From the NCBI RefSeq assembly GCF_009914755.1, contig NC_060929.1: DNA of 64,000 bases; one strand, given 5' to 3'. The position numbers were made by a program, and so were the translations under genes. Under the pieces are notes generated by a model. It made no database searches. It saw only the letters and a program-made list of their open reading frames with translations, and was not told where the DNA came from. Positions 10,825 through 24,800 of this stretch are shown piece by piece (positions within the stretch are counted from its first letter, which is position 1; each line of letters starts with the position of its first letter). This DNA is from the human T2T-CHM13v2.0 reference genome, Homo sapiens.

Positions 10825-13800
10825 CAAAACTGCTCAATCTAAAGAAAGGTTCAACTCTGTGCATTGAACACACATATCACAAATGAGTTTCGGAGAAGGC
10901 TACTTCCTAGTGTTTATGTGAAGATATTTCTTTTTCCACCATAGGCATCAAAGCGCTCCAAATGAACTCTTGCAGATTCTACAAATGTGTGTTTCAACAC
11001 TGCTCTTTCAAGAGAAAGGTTCAAGTCTGTGAGTTGAATGCACACATCACTAAGCAGTTTCTGAGAATGCTTCTGTCTAGTTTGTATGTGAAGATATTCC
11101 GTTTAAAACGAAATCCTCAAAGAGCTCCAAATATCCACAAGCAGATCCTATAAAAGCGGTGTTTCAAAACTGCTCTATCAAAAGAAAATTTCAATTCTGT
11201 GAATTTGACACACACTTCACAAAGGAGTTTCTGAGAATGTTTCTGTCTAGTTTTCATTTGAAGATATTTCTTTTTCCACCGTAGGCAACAAAGCGCACTA
11301 AATGAACACTTGCAGATTCTATAAAAAGCGTGTTCCAACCCTGATCTCTCAAAAGAAAGTTTGAAGTCTGTGAGTTTAAGGCACACATCTCAAAGAACTT
11401 TGTGAGAATGCTTGGTTCTCCTTTTTTTGGGAAGATACCAGCTGCCAACGAATTCCTGAAAGAGTTCCAAATATCCACAAGCAGATTCTACAAAAGGAGT
11501 GTTGCAATTCTGCTCTATCAAAAGGCAGATTCAACTCAGTTACTTGAATGCACACATCTCAATGAAGTTCCTGAGCATGCCTCTGTCTAGTTTTCTGTGA
11601 AGATATTTCCTTTTCCGCCAAAGGCTTAAAAGCTCTCCAAAATGAACACTCGCAGATCCTACAAAAAGACTGTTTCAGAACTGCTCTATCAAAAGGACGG
11701 TTCCACTCTGTGAGGTGAATGCACTCATCACAAAGCAGATTCTCAGAAAGCTTCTGTCAAGTTTGGCTGTGAAGATATTTCCTTTTCCATCTTAGTCCTC
11801 CCATTGCTCCAAATATCCACTTGTAGAGAGTACAAAAAGATTGTTTCAAAACTGTTCTCTCAAAAGGAAGGTTCAACTCTGTGAGTAGAATGCACACATC
11901 ACAAACCAGTTTCTGAGGATGCTTCTGACTAGATTGAATGTGAAGATATCCCGTTTAAAACGAATTCCTCCAACAGCTCCAAATATCCACAAGAAGATTC
12001 TACAAAAGCAGTGTTTCAAAACTGCTTTATCTAAAGAAAGGTTCAACCCTGTGAATTGAACAACTACATCACAAAGTATTTTCTCAGAATGTTTCTGTCT
12101 AGTTTTTAGGTGAAGATATTTCTTTTTCCACCATGGGGAAGAAAGCACTCCAAATGAACACTTGCAGATTCTACAAAAAGTGTGTTTCAACACTGCTCTA
12201 TCAAAAGAAAGTTTCAAGTCTGTGGGTTGAATCCTCACATCACAAAGCAGTTTCTGAGAATGCTTCTGCCTAGTTTTTAGGTGAAGGTGTATCCTTTTCC
12301 ATCTTAGGCCTCAAATCTCTCCAAACATCCACTTGCAGATACTTCAAAAAGACTGTTTCAAAACTGCTCTCAAAAGGAAGGTTCAACTCTGTGAGTTGAA
12401 TGCACACATCACAACGCAGTGTCTGAGAATGCTTCTGTCTAGTTTGCATGTGAAGATATTTCCTTTTCCATCTTAGGCCTCAAATCGATCCAAATATCCA
12501 ATTGCAGACACCACAAAAAGACTGCTTCAAAACAGCTCTCGCAAAAGGAAGGTTCAACTCTGTGAGTTGAATGCACACATCACAGAGCAGTTTCTGAGAA
12601 TGCTTCTGTCTAGTTTGTATGTGAAGATATCCCGTTTACAACAAATTCCTCAAAGAGCCCCCAATAGCAACAAGCAGATTCTACAAAAGCAGTGTTTCAA
12701 AACTGCTCTATCAAAAGCAACTTTCAACTCTGCGAATTGAACACACACATCACAAAGCAGTCTCTGAGAATGCTTCTGTCTGGTTTTTAGGTGAAGATAT
12801 TCCTTTTTCCACCAGAGGCAACAAAGCACTCCAAACGAACACATGAAGATTCTACAAAAAGTGTGTTCCAACACTGCTCTATCGAAAGAAAGGTTCAAGT
12901 CTGGGAGTCCAATGTACATATCACAAAGAACTTTCTGAGAATGCTTGGGTCTACTTTTTATGTGAAGATAGCCGTTTCCAAAGAATTCTTCAAAGAGTTC
13001 CAGATATCCACAGGCAGATTCTACAAAAGAAGTGGTTCAATACTGCTCTATCAAAAGACGTATTCAACTCAGTTACTTTAATGCACACATCTCTATGAAG
13101 ATCCTGAGAAAGCTTCTGTCTAGGTTTATGTGAAAATATTTCCTTTTCCATCATGGGCCTCAAAGCGCTGAAAATGAACCCTTGCAGATACTAGAGAAAG
13201 ACTGTCTCAAAACTGCTCTATCCAAAGAACGGTTCCACTCTGTGAGGTGAATGCACACATCACAAAGCAGTTTCTGAGAACTCTTCTGTCTAGTTTGTAT
13301 GTGAACATATTTCCTTTTCCATCATAGGCCTCAAATCGCTCCAAATATCCACTTGCAGATACTACAAAAAGACTGTTTCAGAACTGCTTTCTCAAAGGAA
13401 AGTTTCAACTCTGTGAGTTGAATGCACACAGCACAAAGCAGTTTCTGAGAATGCTTCTGTGTAATTTGTATGTGAAGATATCCCGTATACGCCCAATTCC
13501 TCAAAGACCTCCAAATATCCACAAGCACATTCTACAAAAGCAGTGTTTCAAATCTGCTGTATCAAAAGAAAGGTTCAACTTTGTGAATTGGACACAAACA
13601 TCTCAAAGGAGTTTCTGAGAAGGCTTCTTTCTAGTTTGTATGTGAATACATTTCTTTTTCCACCACAGGCAACGAAGCTCTGCAAATGAACACTTGCCGA
13701 TTCTATAAAAAGTGTGTTTCAACACTGCTCTATCAAAATAAGGTTTCAAGTCTGTACGTTTAATGCACACATCAAAAGCAGTTTCTGAGAATGCTTCTGT

Positions 13801-14230
13801 CTAGTTTGTAGGTGAAGGTATTCCCTTTTCCATCTTAGACCTCAAATCACTAAAAATATCCACCTGTATATACTACAAAAAGACTGTTTCAAAACCTCTC
13901 TCTCAAAAGGAAGGTTCAACTCTGTGAGTTGAATGCACACATCACAAAGCAGTTTCTGAGCATGCTTCTGTCTAGTTTGTATGTGAAGATAGTTCCTTTT
14001 CCCTCATAGGCCTCAAAGCGTTCCAAATATCGACTTGCAGATACTACAAAAAGACTGTGTGAAAACTGTTCTCTCAGAAGGTAGGTTCAACTCCGTGTGT
14101 TGAATGCACACATCACAAAGCAGTTTCTGAGAATGCTTCTGGCTAGTTTGTATGTGAAGATATCCCATTGACAGCGAATTCCTCAAAGAGCTCCAAATAT
14201 CCACCAGCAGATTCTAGAAAATCAGTGTTT
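10825..14230 (-). repeat. 20-mer HOR structural variant (3,406 bp; 4-monomer/682-bp deletion, junction 10983-11005)
   Basis: Marker spacing is 3406 = 4088-682. The hybrid monomer ...AACTCTTGCAGATTCTAC|AAATGTGTGTTTCAACACTGCTC|TTTCAAGAGAAAGG joins monomer 20 to monomer 24. Confidence 0.93.
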
Positions 14231-17200
14231 CAAAACTGCTCAATCTAAAGAAAGGTTCACCTCTGTGCATTGAACACACATATCACAAAGGAGTTTCGGA
14301 GCACGCTTCTTTCTAGTGTTTATGTGAAGATATTTCTTTTTCCACCATAGGCATCAAAGCGCTCCAAATGAACTCTTGCAGATTCTACAAATGTGTGTTT
14401 CAACACTGCTCCGTCTAAAGAAATGTTCAAGTCTCTGAGTTGAATGCACCCATCACAAAGCAGTTTCTGAGAATGCTTCTACCTAGTTTGTATGTGCAGA
14501 TATTCCCGTTTCCATCTTAAGCCTCACATCGCTCCATATATCCACTTGAGGATACTACAAAAAACTGTTTCAAAACTGCTCTCTCAAAAGGAAGGTTCAA
14601 CTCTGTGAGCTGAATGCACACATCACAAAGCAGTTAATGAGATTGCTTCTGTCTAGTTTGCATGTGAGGATATTTCCTTTTCAATCTTAGACTTCCCATC
14701 GCTCCAAGTATCCACTTGCAGATATTTCAAAGAGACTGTTTAAAAACTGCTCTCTCAGAAGGAAGGTCCAACTCTGTGAGTTGAATGCACACACCACAAA
14801 GCAGTTTCTGAGAATGCTTGTGTCTAGTTTGTATGTGAAGATATCCCGTTTACAACGAATTCCTCAAAGAGCTCCAAATATCTACAAGCAGATTCTACAG
14901 AAGCAGTGTATCAAAACTGCTCTATCAAAAGAAAGGTTCAACTCTCTGAATAGAACAAACACATCACAAAGGAGTTTCTGAGAATGCTTCTGTCTAGTAT
15001 TTATGTGAAGATAATTCTTTTTCACCATAGGCAAAAAAACGCTCCAAGTGAACACTTGCACATCCTACAAAATGTGTGTTTCAACACTGCTCTTTCAAGA
15101 GAAAGGTTCAAGTCTGTGAGTTGAATGCACACATCACTAAGCAGTTTCTGAGAATGCTTCTGTCTAGTTTGTATGTGAAGATAGATCCCTTTCCCTCATA
15201 GGCCTCAAAGCGTTCCAAATATCGACTTGCAGATACTACAAAAATACTTTGTGAAAACTGTTCTCTCAGAAGGTAGGTTCAACTCCGTGTGTTGAATGCA
15301 CACATCACAAAGCAGTTTCTGAGAATGCTTCTGGCTAGTTTGTATGTGAAGATATCCCATTGACAGCGAATTCCTCAAAGAGATCCAAATATCCACAAGC
15401 AGATTCTAGAAAATCAGTGTTTCAAAACTGCTCAATCTAAAGAAAGGTTCACCTCTGTGCATTGAACACACATATTACAAAGGAGTTTCGGAGAACGCTT
15501 CTTTCTAGTATTTATGTGAAGATATTTCTTTTTCCAACATAGGCAAAAAAACGCTCCAAGCGAACACTTGCACATCCTACAAAATGTGTGTTTCAACACT
15601 GCTCTTTCAAGAGAAAGGTTCAAGTCTGTGAGTTGAATGCACACATCACTAAGCAGTTTCTGAGAATGCTTCTGTCTAGTTTGTATGTGAAGATATCCCG
15701 TTTACAACGAAATCCTCAAAGAGCTCCAAATATCCACAAGCAGATCCTATAAAAGCGGTGTTTCAAAACTGCTCTATCAAAAGAAAATTTCAATTCTGTG
15801 AATTTGACACACACTTCACAAAGGAGTTTCTGAGAATGTTTCTGTCTAGTTTTCATTTGAAGATATTTCTTTTTCCACCGTAGGCAACAAAGCTCACTAA
15901 ATGAACACTTGCAGATTCTACAAAAAGCGCGTTCCAACCCTGATCTCTCAAAAGAAAGTTTGAAGTCTGTGAGTTTAAGGCACACATCTCAAAGAACTTT
16001 TTGAGAATGCTTGGTTCTCCTTTTTTTGGGAAGATACCAGCTGCCAACGAATTCCTGAAAGAGTTCCAAATATCCACAAGCAGATTCTACAAAAGGAGTG
16101 TTGCAATTCTGCTCTATCAAAAGGCAGATTCAACTCAGTTACTTGAATGCACACATCTCAATGAAGTTCCTGAGCATGCCTCTGTCTAGTTTTCTGTGAA
16201 GATATTTCCTTTTCCGCCAAAGGCTTAAAAGCTCTCCAAAATGAACACTCGCAGATCCTACAAAAAGACTGTTTCAGAACTGCTCTATCAAAAGGACGGT
16301 TCCACTCTGTGAGGTGAATGCACTCATCACAAAGCAGATTCTCAGAAAGCTTCTGTCAAGTTTGGCTGTGAAGATATTTCCTTTTCCATCTTAGTCCTCC
16401 CATTGCTCCAAATATCCACTTGTAGATAGTACAAAAAGATTGTTTCAAAACTGTTCTCTCAAAAGGAAGGTTCAACTCTGTGAGTAGAATGCACACATCA
16501 CAAACCAGTTTCTGAGGATGCTTCTGACTAGATTGAATGTGTAGATATCCCGTTTAAAACGAATTCCTCCAACAGCTCCAAATATCCACAAGAAGATTCT
16601 ACAAAAGCAGTGTTTCAAAACTGCTTTATCTAAAGAAAGGTTCAACCCTGTGAATTGAACAACTACATCACAAAGTATTTTCTCAGAATGTTTCTGTCTA
16701 GTTTTTAGGTGAAGATATTTCTTTTTCCACCATGGGGAAGAAAGCACTCCAAATGAACACTTGCAGATTCTACAAAAAGTGTGTTTCAACACTGCTCTAT
16801 CAAAAGAAAGTTTCAAGTCTGTGGGTTGAATCCCCACATCACAAAGCAGTTTCTGAGAATGCTTCTGCCTAGTTTTTAGGTGAAGGTATATCCTTTTCCA
16901 TCTTAGGCCTCAAATCTCTCCAAACATCCACTTGCAGATACTTCAAAAAGACTGTTTCAAAACTGCTCTCAAAAGGAAGGTTCAACTCTGTGAGTTGAAT
17001 GCACACATCACAACGCAGTGTCTGAGAACGCTTCTGTCTAGTTTGCATGTGAAGATATTTCCTTTTCCATCTTAGGCCTCAAATCGATCCAAATATCCAA
17101 TTGCAGACACCACAAAAAGACTGCTTCAAAACAGCTCTCGCAAAAGGAAGGTTCAACTCTGTGAGTTGAATGCACACATCACAGAGCAGTTTCTGAGAAT

Positions 17201-18829
17201 GCTTCTGTCTAGTTTGTATGTGAAGATATCCCGTTTACAACAAATTCCTCAAAGAGCCCCCAATAGCAACAAGCAGATTCTACAAAAGCAGTGTTTCAAA
17301 ACTGCTCTATCAAAAGCAACTTTCAACTCTGCGAATTGAACACACACATCACAAAGCAGTCTCTGAGAATGCTTCTGTCTGGTTTTTAGGTGAAGATATT
17401 CCTTTTTCCACCATAAGCAACAAAGCACTCCAAACGAACACATGAAGATTCTACAAAAAGTGTGTTCCAACACTGCTCTATCGAAAGAAAGGTTCAAGTC
17501 TGGGAGTCCAATGTACATATCACAAAGAACTTTCTGAGAATGCTTGGGTCTACTTTTTATGTGAAGATAGCCGTTTCCAAAGAATTCTTCAAAGAGTTCC
17601 AGATATCCACAGGCAGATTCTACAAAAGAAGTGGTTCAATACTGCTCTATCAAAAGACCTATTCAACTCAGTTACTTTAATACACACATCTCTATGAAGT
17701 TCCTGAGAAAGCTTCTGTCTAGGTTTATGTGAAAATATTTCCTTTTCCATCATGGGCCTCAAAGCGCTCAAAATGAACACTTGCAGATACTAGAGAAAGA
17801 CTGTCTCAAAACTGCTCTATCCAAAGAACGGTTCCACTATGTGAGGTGAATGCACACATCACAAAGCAGTTTCTGAGAACTCTTCTGTCTAGTTTGTATG
17901 TGAACATATTTCCTTTTCCATCATAGGCCTCAAATCGCTCCAAATATCCACTTGCAGATACTACAAAAAGACTGTTTCAGAACTGCTTTCTCGAAAGAAA
18001 GTTTCAACTCTGTGAGTTGAATGCACACAGCACAAAGCAGTTTCTGAGAATGCTTCTGTGTAATTTGTATGTGAAGATATCCCGTATACGCCCAATTCCT
18101 CAAAGACCTCCAAGTATCCACAAGCACATTCTACAAAAGCAGTGTTTCAAATCTGCTGTATCAAAAGAAAGGTTCAACTTTGTGAATTGGACACAAACAT
18201 CTCAAAGGGGTTCCTGAGAAGGCTTCTTTCTAGTTTGTATGTGAACACATTTCTTTTTCCACCACAGGCAACGAAGCTCTCCAAATGAACACTTGCAGAT
18301 TCTATAAAAAGTGTGTTTCAACACTGCTCTATCAAAATAAGGTTTCAAGTCTGTACGTTTAATGCACACATCAAAAGCAGTTTCTGAGAATGCTTCTGTC
18401 TAGTTTGTAGGTGAAGGTATTCCCTTTTCCATCTTAGACCTCAAATCACTAAAAATATCCACCTGTATATACTACAAAAAGACTGTTTCAAAACCTCTCT
18501 CTCAAAAGGAAGGTTCAACTCTGTGAGTTGAATGCACACATCACAAAGCAGTTTCTGAGCATGCTTCTGTCTAGTTTGTATGTGAAGATAGTTCCTTTTC
18601 CCTCATAGGCCTCAAAGCGTTCCACATATCGACTTGCAGATACTACAAAAAGACTGTGTGAAAAATGTTCTCTCAGAAGGAAGGTTCAACTCCGTGTGTT
18701 GAATGCACACATCACAAAGCAGTTTCTGAGAATGCTTCTGGCTAGTTTGTATGTCAAGATATCCCTTTGACAGCGAATTCCTCAAAGAGCTCCAAATATC
18801 CACAAGCAGATTCTAGAAAAGCAGTGTTT
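14231..18829 (-). repeat. 27-mer HOR structural variant (4,599 bp; net +3 monomers/511 bp, junctions ~15183 and 15504-15509)
   Basis: Marker spacing is 4599 = 4088+511. The segment ~15184-15503 repeats ~13992-14311 (offset 1192), then the sequence jumps forward to monomer 24. Confidence 0.92.
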
Positions 18830-21800
18830 CAAAACTGCTCAATCTAAAGAAAGGTTCACCTCTGTGCATTGAACACACATATCACAAAGGATTTTCGGAG
18901 AACGCTTCTATCTAGTGTTTATGTGAAGATATATCTTTTTCCACCATAGGCATCAAAGCGCTCCAAATGAACTCTTGCAGATTCTACAAATGTGTGTTTC
19001 AACACTGCTCCGTCTAAAGAAATGTTCAAGTCTCTGAGTTGAATGCACCCATCACAAAGCAGTTTCTGAGAATGCTTCTACCTAGTTTGTATGTGCAGAT
19101 ATTCCCGTTTCCATCTTAAGCCTCACATTGCTCCATATATCCACTTGAGGATACTACAAAAAACTGTTTCAAAACTGCTCTCTCAAAAGGAAGGTTCAAC
19201 TCGGTGAGCTGAATGCACACATCACAAAGCAGTTAATGAGATTGCTTGTGTCTGGTTTGTATGTGAGGATATTTCTTTTTCAATCTTAGACTTCCCATCG
19301 CTCCAAATATCCACTTGCAGATATTTCAAAGAGACTGTTTAAAAACTGCTCTCTCAGAAGGAAGGTTCAACTCTGTGAGTTGAATGCACACACCACAAAG
19401 AAGTTTCTGAGAATGCTTGTGTCTAGTTTGTATGTGAAGATATCAAGTTTACAACGAATTCCTCAAAGAGCTCCAAATATCCACAAGCAGATTCTACAGA
19501 AGCAGTGTATCAAAACTGCTCTATCAAAAGAAAGGTTCAACTCTCTGAATAGAACAAACACATCACAAAGGAGTTTCTGAGAATGCTTCTGTCTAGTATT
19601 TATGTGAAGATATTTCTTTTTCCACCATAGGCAAAAAAACGCTCCAAGTGAACACTTGCACATCCTACAAAATGTGTGTTTCAACACTGCTCTTTCAAGA
19701 GAAAGGTTCAAGTCTGTGAGTTGAATGCACACATCACTAAGCAGTTTCTGAGAATGCTTCTGTCTAGTTTGTATGTGAAGATATCCCGTTTACAACGAAA
19801 TCCTCAAAGAGCTCCAAATATCCACAAGCAGATCCTATAAAAGCGGTGTTTCAAAACTGCTCTATCAAAAGAAAATTTCAATTCTGTGAATTTGACACAC
19901 ACTTCACAAAGGAGTTTCTGAGAATGTTTCTGTCTAGTTTTCATTTGAAGATATTTCTTTTTCCACCTTAGGCAACAAAGCGCACTAAATGAACACTTGC
20001 AGATTCTATAAAAAGCGTGTTCCAACCCTGATCTCTCAAAAGAAAGTTTGAAGTCTGTGAGTTTAAGGCACACATCTCAAAGAACTTTTTGAGAATGCTT
20101 GGTTCTCCTTTTTTTGGGAAGATACCAGCTGCCAACGAATTCCTGAAAGAGTTCCAAATATCCACAAGCAGATTCTACAAAAGGAGTGTTGCAATTCTGC
20201 TCTATCAAAAGGCAGATTCAACTCAGTTACTTGAATGCACACATCTCAATGAAGTTCCTGAGCATGCCTCTGTCTAGTTTTCTGTGAAGATATTTCCTTT
20301 TCCGCCAAAGGCTTAAAAGCTCTCCAAAATGAACACTCGCAGATCCTACAAAAAGACTGTTTCAGAACTGCTCTATCAAAAGGACGGTTCCACTCTGTGA
20401 GGTGAATGCACTCATCACAAAGCAGATTCTGAGAAAGCTTCTGTCAAGTTTGGCTGTGAAGATATTTCCTTTTCCATCTTAGTCCTCCCATTGCTCCAAA
20501 TATCCACTTGTAGAGAGTACAAAAAGATTGTTTCAAAACTGTTCTCTCAAAAGGAAGGTTCAACTCTGTGAGTAGAATGCACACATCACAAACCAGTTTC
20601 TGAGGATGCTTCTGACTAGATTGAATGTGAAGATATCCCGTTTAAAACGAATTCCTCAAACAGCTCCAAATATCCACAAGAAGATTCTACAAAAGCAGTG
20701 TTTCAAAACTGCTTTATCTAAAGAAAGGTTCAACCCTGTGAATTGAACAACTACATCACAAAGTATTTTCTCAGAATGTTTCTGTCTAGTTTTTAGGTGA
20801 AGATATTTCTTTTTCCACCATGGGGAAGAAAGCACTCCAAATGAACACTTGCAGATTCTACAAAAAGTGTGTTTCAACACTGCTCTATCAAAAGAAAGTT
20901 TCAAGTCTGTGGGTTGAATCCCCACATCACAAAGCAGTTTCTGAGAATGCTTCTGCCTAGTTTTTAGGTGAAGGTATATCCTTTTCCATCTTAGGCCTCA
21001 AATCTCTCCAAACATCCACTTGCAGATACTTCAAAAAGACTGTTTCAAAACTGCTCTCAAAAAGAAGGTTCAACTCTGTGAGTTGAATGCATACATCACA
21101 ACGCAGTGTCTGAGAATGCTTCTGTCTAGTTTGTATGTGAAGATATTTCCTTTTCCATCTTAGGCCTCAAATCGATCCAAATATCCAATTGCAGACACCA
21201 CAAAAAGACTGCTTCAAAACAGCTCTCGCAAAAGGAAGGTTCAACTCTGTGAGTTGAATGCACACATCACAGAGCAGTTTCTGAGAATGCTTCTGTCTAG
21301 TTTGTATGTGAAGATATCCCGTTTACAACAAATTCCTCAAAGAGCCCCCAATAGCAACAAGCAGATTCTACAAAAGCAGTGTTTCAAAACTACTCTATCA
21401 AAAGCAACTTTCAACTCTGCGAATTGAACACACACATCACAAAGCAGTCTCTGAGAATGCTTCTGTCTGGTTTTTAGGTGAAGATATTCCTTTTTCCACC
21501 ATAAGCAACAAAGCACTCCAAACGAACACATGAAGATTCTACAAAAAGTGTGTTCCAACACTGCTCTATCGAAAGAAAGGTTCAAGTCTGGGAGTACAAT
21601 GTACATATCACAAAGAACTTTCTGAGAATGCTTGGGTCTACTTTTTATGTGAAGATAGCCGTTTCCAAAGAATTCTTCAAAGAGTTCCAGATATCCACAG
21701 GCAGATTCTACAAAAGAAGTGGTTCAATACTGCTCTATCAAAAGACGTATTCAACTCAGTTACTTTAATGCACACATCTCTGTGAAGTTCCTGAGAAAGC

Positions 21801-24800
21801 TTCTGTCTAGGTTTATGTGAAAATATTTCCTTTTCCATCATGGGCCTCAAAGCGCTCAAAATGAACACTTGCAGATACTAGAGAAAGACTGTCTCAAAAC
21901 TGCTCTATCCAAAGAACGGTTCCACTCTGTGAGGTGAATGCACACATCACAAAGCAGTTTCTGAGAACTCTTCTGTCTAGTTTGTATGTGAACATATTTC
22001 CTTTTCCATCATAGGCCTCAAATCGCTCCAAATATCCACTTGCAGATACTACAAAAAGACTGTTTCAGAACTGCTTTCTCAAAAGAAAGTTTCAACTCTG
22101 TGAGTTGAATGCACACAGCACAAAGCAGTTTCTGAGAATGCTTCTGTGTAATTTGTATGTGAAGATATCCCGCATACGCCCAATTCCTCAAAGACCTCCA
22201 AATATCCACAAGCACATTCTACAAAAGCAGTGTTTCAAATCTGCTGTATCAAAAGAAAGGTTCAACTTTGTGAATTGGACACAAACATCTCAAAGGAGTT
22301 TCTGAGAAGGCTTCTTTCTAGTTTGTATGTGAACACATTTCTTTTTCCACCACAGGCAACGAAGCTCTCCAAATGAACACTTGCAGATTCTATAAAAAGT
22401 GTGTTTCAACACTGCTCTATCAAAATAAGGTTTCAAGTCTGTACGTTTAATGCACACATCAAAAGCAGTTTCTGAGAATGCTTCTGTCTAGTTTGTAGGT
22501 GAAGGTATTCCCTTTTCCATCTTAGACCTCAAATCACTAAAAATATCCACCTGTATATACTACAAAAAGACTGTTTCAAAACCTCTCTCTCAAAAGGAAG
22601 GTTCAACTCTGTGAGTTGAATGCACACATCACAAAGCAGTTTCTGAGCATGCTTCTGTCTAGTTTGTATGTGAAGATAGTTCCTTTTCCCTCATAGGCCT
22701 CAAAGCGTTCCAAATATCGACTTGCAGATACTACAAAAAGACTGTTTGAAAACTGTTCTCTCAGAAGGAAGGTTCAACTCCGTGTGTTGAATGCACACAT
22801 CACAAAGCAGTTTCTGAGAATGCTTCTGGCTACTTTGTATGTGAAGATATCCCTTTGACAGCGAATTCCTCAAAGAGCTCCAAATATCCACAAGCAGATT
22901 CTAGAAAAGCAGTGTTTCAAAACTGCTCAATCTAAAGAAAGGTTCACCTCTGTGCATTGAACACACATATCACAAAGGAGTTTCGGAGAACGCTTCTTCC
23001 TAGTGTTTATGTGAAGATATTTCTTTTTCCACCATAGGCATCAAAGCGCTCCAAATGAACTCTTGCAGATTCTACAAATGTGTGTTTCAACACTGCTCCG
23101 TCTAAAGAAATGTTCAAGTCTCTGAGTTGAATGCACCCTTCACAAAGCAGTTTCTGAGAATGCTTCTATCTAGTTTGTATGTGCAGATATTCCCGTTTCC
23201 ATCTTAAGCCTCACATCGCTCCATATATCCACTTGAGGATACTACAAAAAACTGTTTCAAAACTGCTCTCTCAAAAGGAAGGTTCAACTCTGTGAGCTGA
23301 ATGCACACATCACAAAGCAGTTAATGAGATTGCTTCTGTCTAGTTTGCATGTGAGGATATTTCCTTTTCAATCTTAGACTTCCCATCGCTCCAAGTATCC
23401 ACTTGCAGATATTTCAAAGAGACTGTTTAAAAACTGCTCTCTCAGAAAGAAGGTTCAACTCTGTGAGTTGAATGCACACACCACAAAGCAGTTTCTGAGA
23501 ATGCTTGTGTCTAGTTTGTATGTGAAGATATCCCGTTTACAACGAATTCCTCAAAGAGCTCCAAATATCCACAAGCAGATTCTACAGAAGCAGTGTGTCA
23601 AAACTGCTCTATCAAAAGAAAGGTTCAACTCTCTGAATAGAACAAACACATCACAAAGGAGTTTCTGAGAATGCTTCTGTCTAGTATTTATGTGACGATA
23701 TTTCTTTTTCCACCATAGGGAAAAAAACGCTCCACGCGAACACTTGCACATCCTACAAAATGTGTGTTTCAACACTGCTCTTTCAAGAGAAAGGTTCAAG
23801 TCTGTGAGTTGAATGCACACATCACTAAGCAGTTTCTGAGAATGCTTCTGTCTAGTTTGTATGTGAAGATATCCCGTTTACAACGAAATCCTCAAAGAGC
23901 TCCAAATATCCACAAGCAGATCCTATAAAAGCGGTGTTTCAAAACTGCTCTATCAAAAGAAAATTTCAATTCTGTGAATTTGACACACACTTCACAAAGG
24001 AGTTTCTGAGAATGTTTCTGTCTAGTTTTCATTTGAAGATATTTCTTTTTCCACCGTAGGCAACAAAGCGCACTAAATGAACACTTGCAGATTCTACAAA
24101 AAGCGTGTTCCAACCCTGATCTCTCAAAAGAAATTTTGAAGTCTGTGAGTTTAAGGCACACATCTCAAAGAACTTTGTGAGAATGCTTGGTTCTCCTTTT
24201 TTTGGGAAGATACCAGCTGCCAACGAATTCCTGAAAGAGTTCCAAATATCCACAAGCAGATTCTACAAAAGGAGTGTTGCAATTCTGCTCTATCAAAAGG
24301 CAGATTCAACTCAGTTACTTGAATGCACACATCTCAATGAAGTTCCTGAGCATGCCTCTGTCTAGTTTTCTGTGAAGATATTTCCTTTTCCGCCAAAGGC
24401 TTAAAAGCTCTCCAAAATGAACACTCGCAGATCCTACAAAAAGACTGTTTCAGAACTGCTCTATCAAAAGGACGGTTCCACTCTGTGAGGTGAATGCACA
24501 CATCACAAAGCAGATTCTGAGAAAGCTTCTGTCAAGTTTGGCTGTGAAGATATTTCCTTTTCCATCTTAGTCCTCCCATTGCTCCAAATATCTACTTGTA
24601 GAGAGTACAAAAAGATTGTTTCAAAACTGTTCTCTCAAAAGGAAGGTTCAACTCTGTGAGTAGAATGCACACATCACAAACCAGTTTCTGAGGATGCTTC
24701 TGACTAGTTTGAATGTGAAGATATCCCGTTTAAAACGAATTCCTCAAACAGCTCCAAATATCCACAAGAAGATTCTACAAAAGCAGTGTTTCAAAACTGC

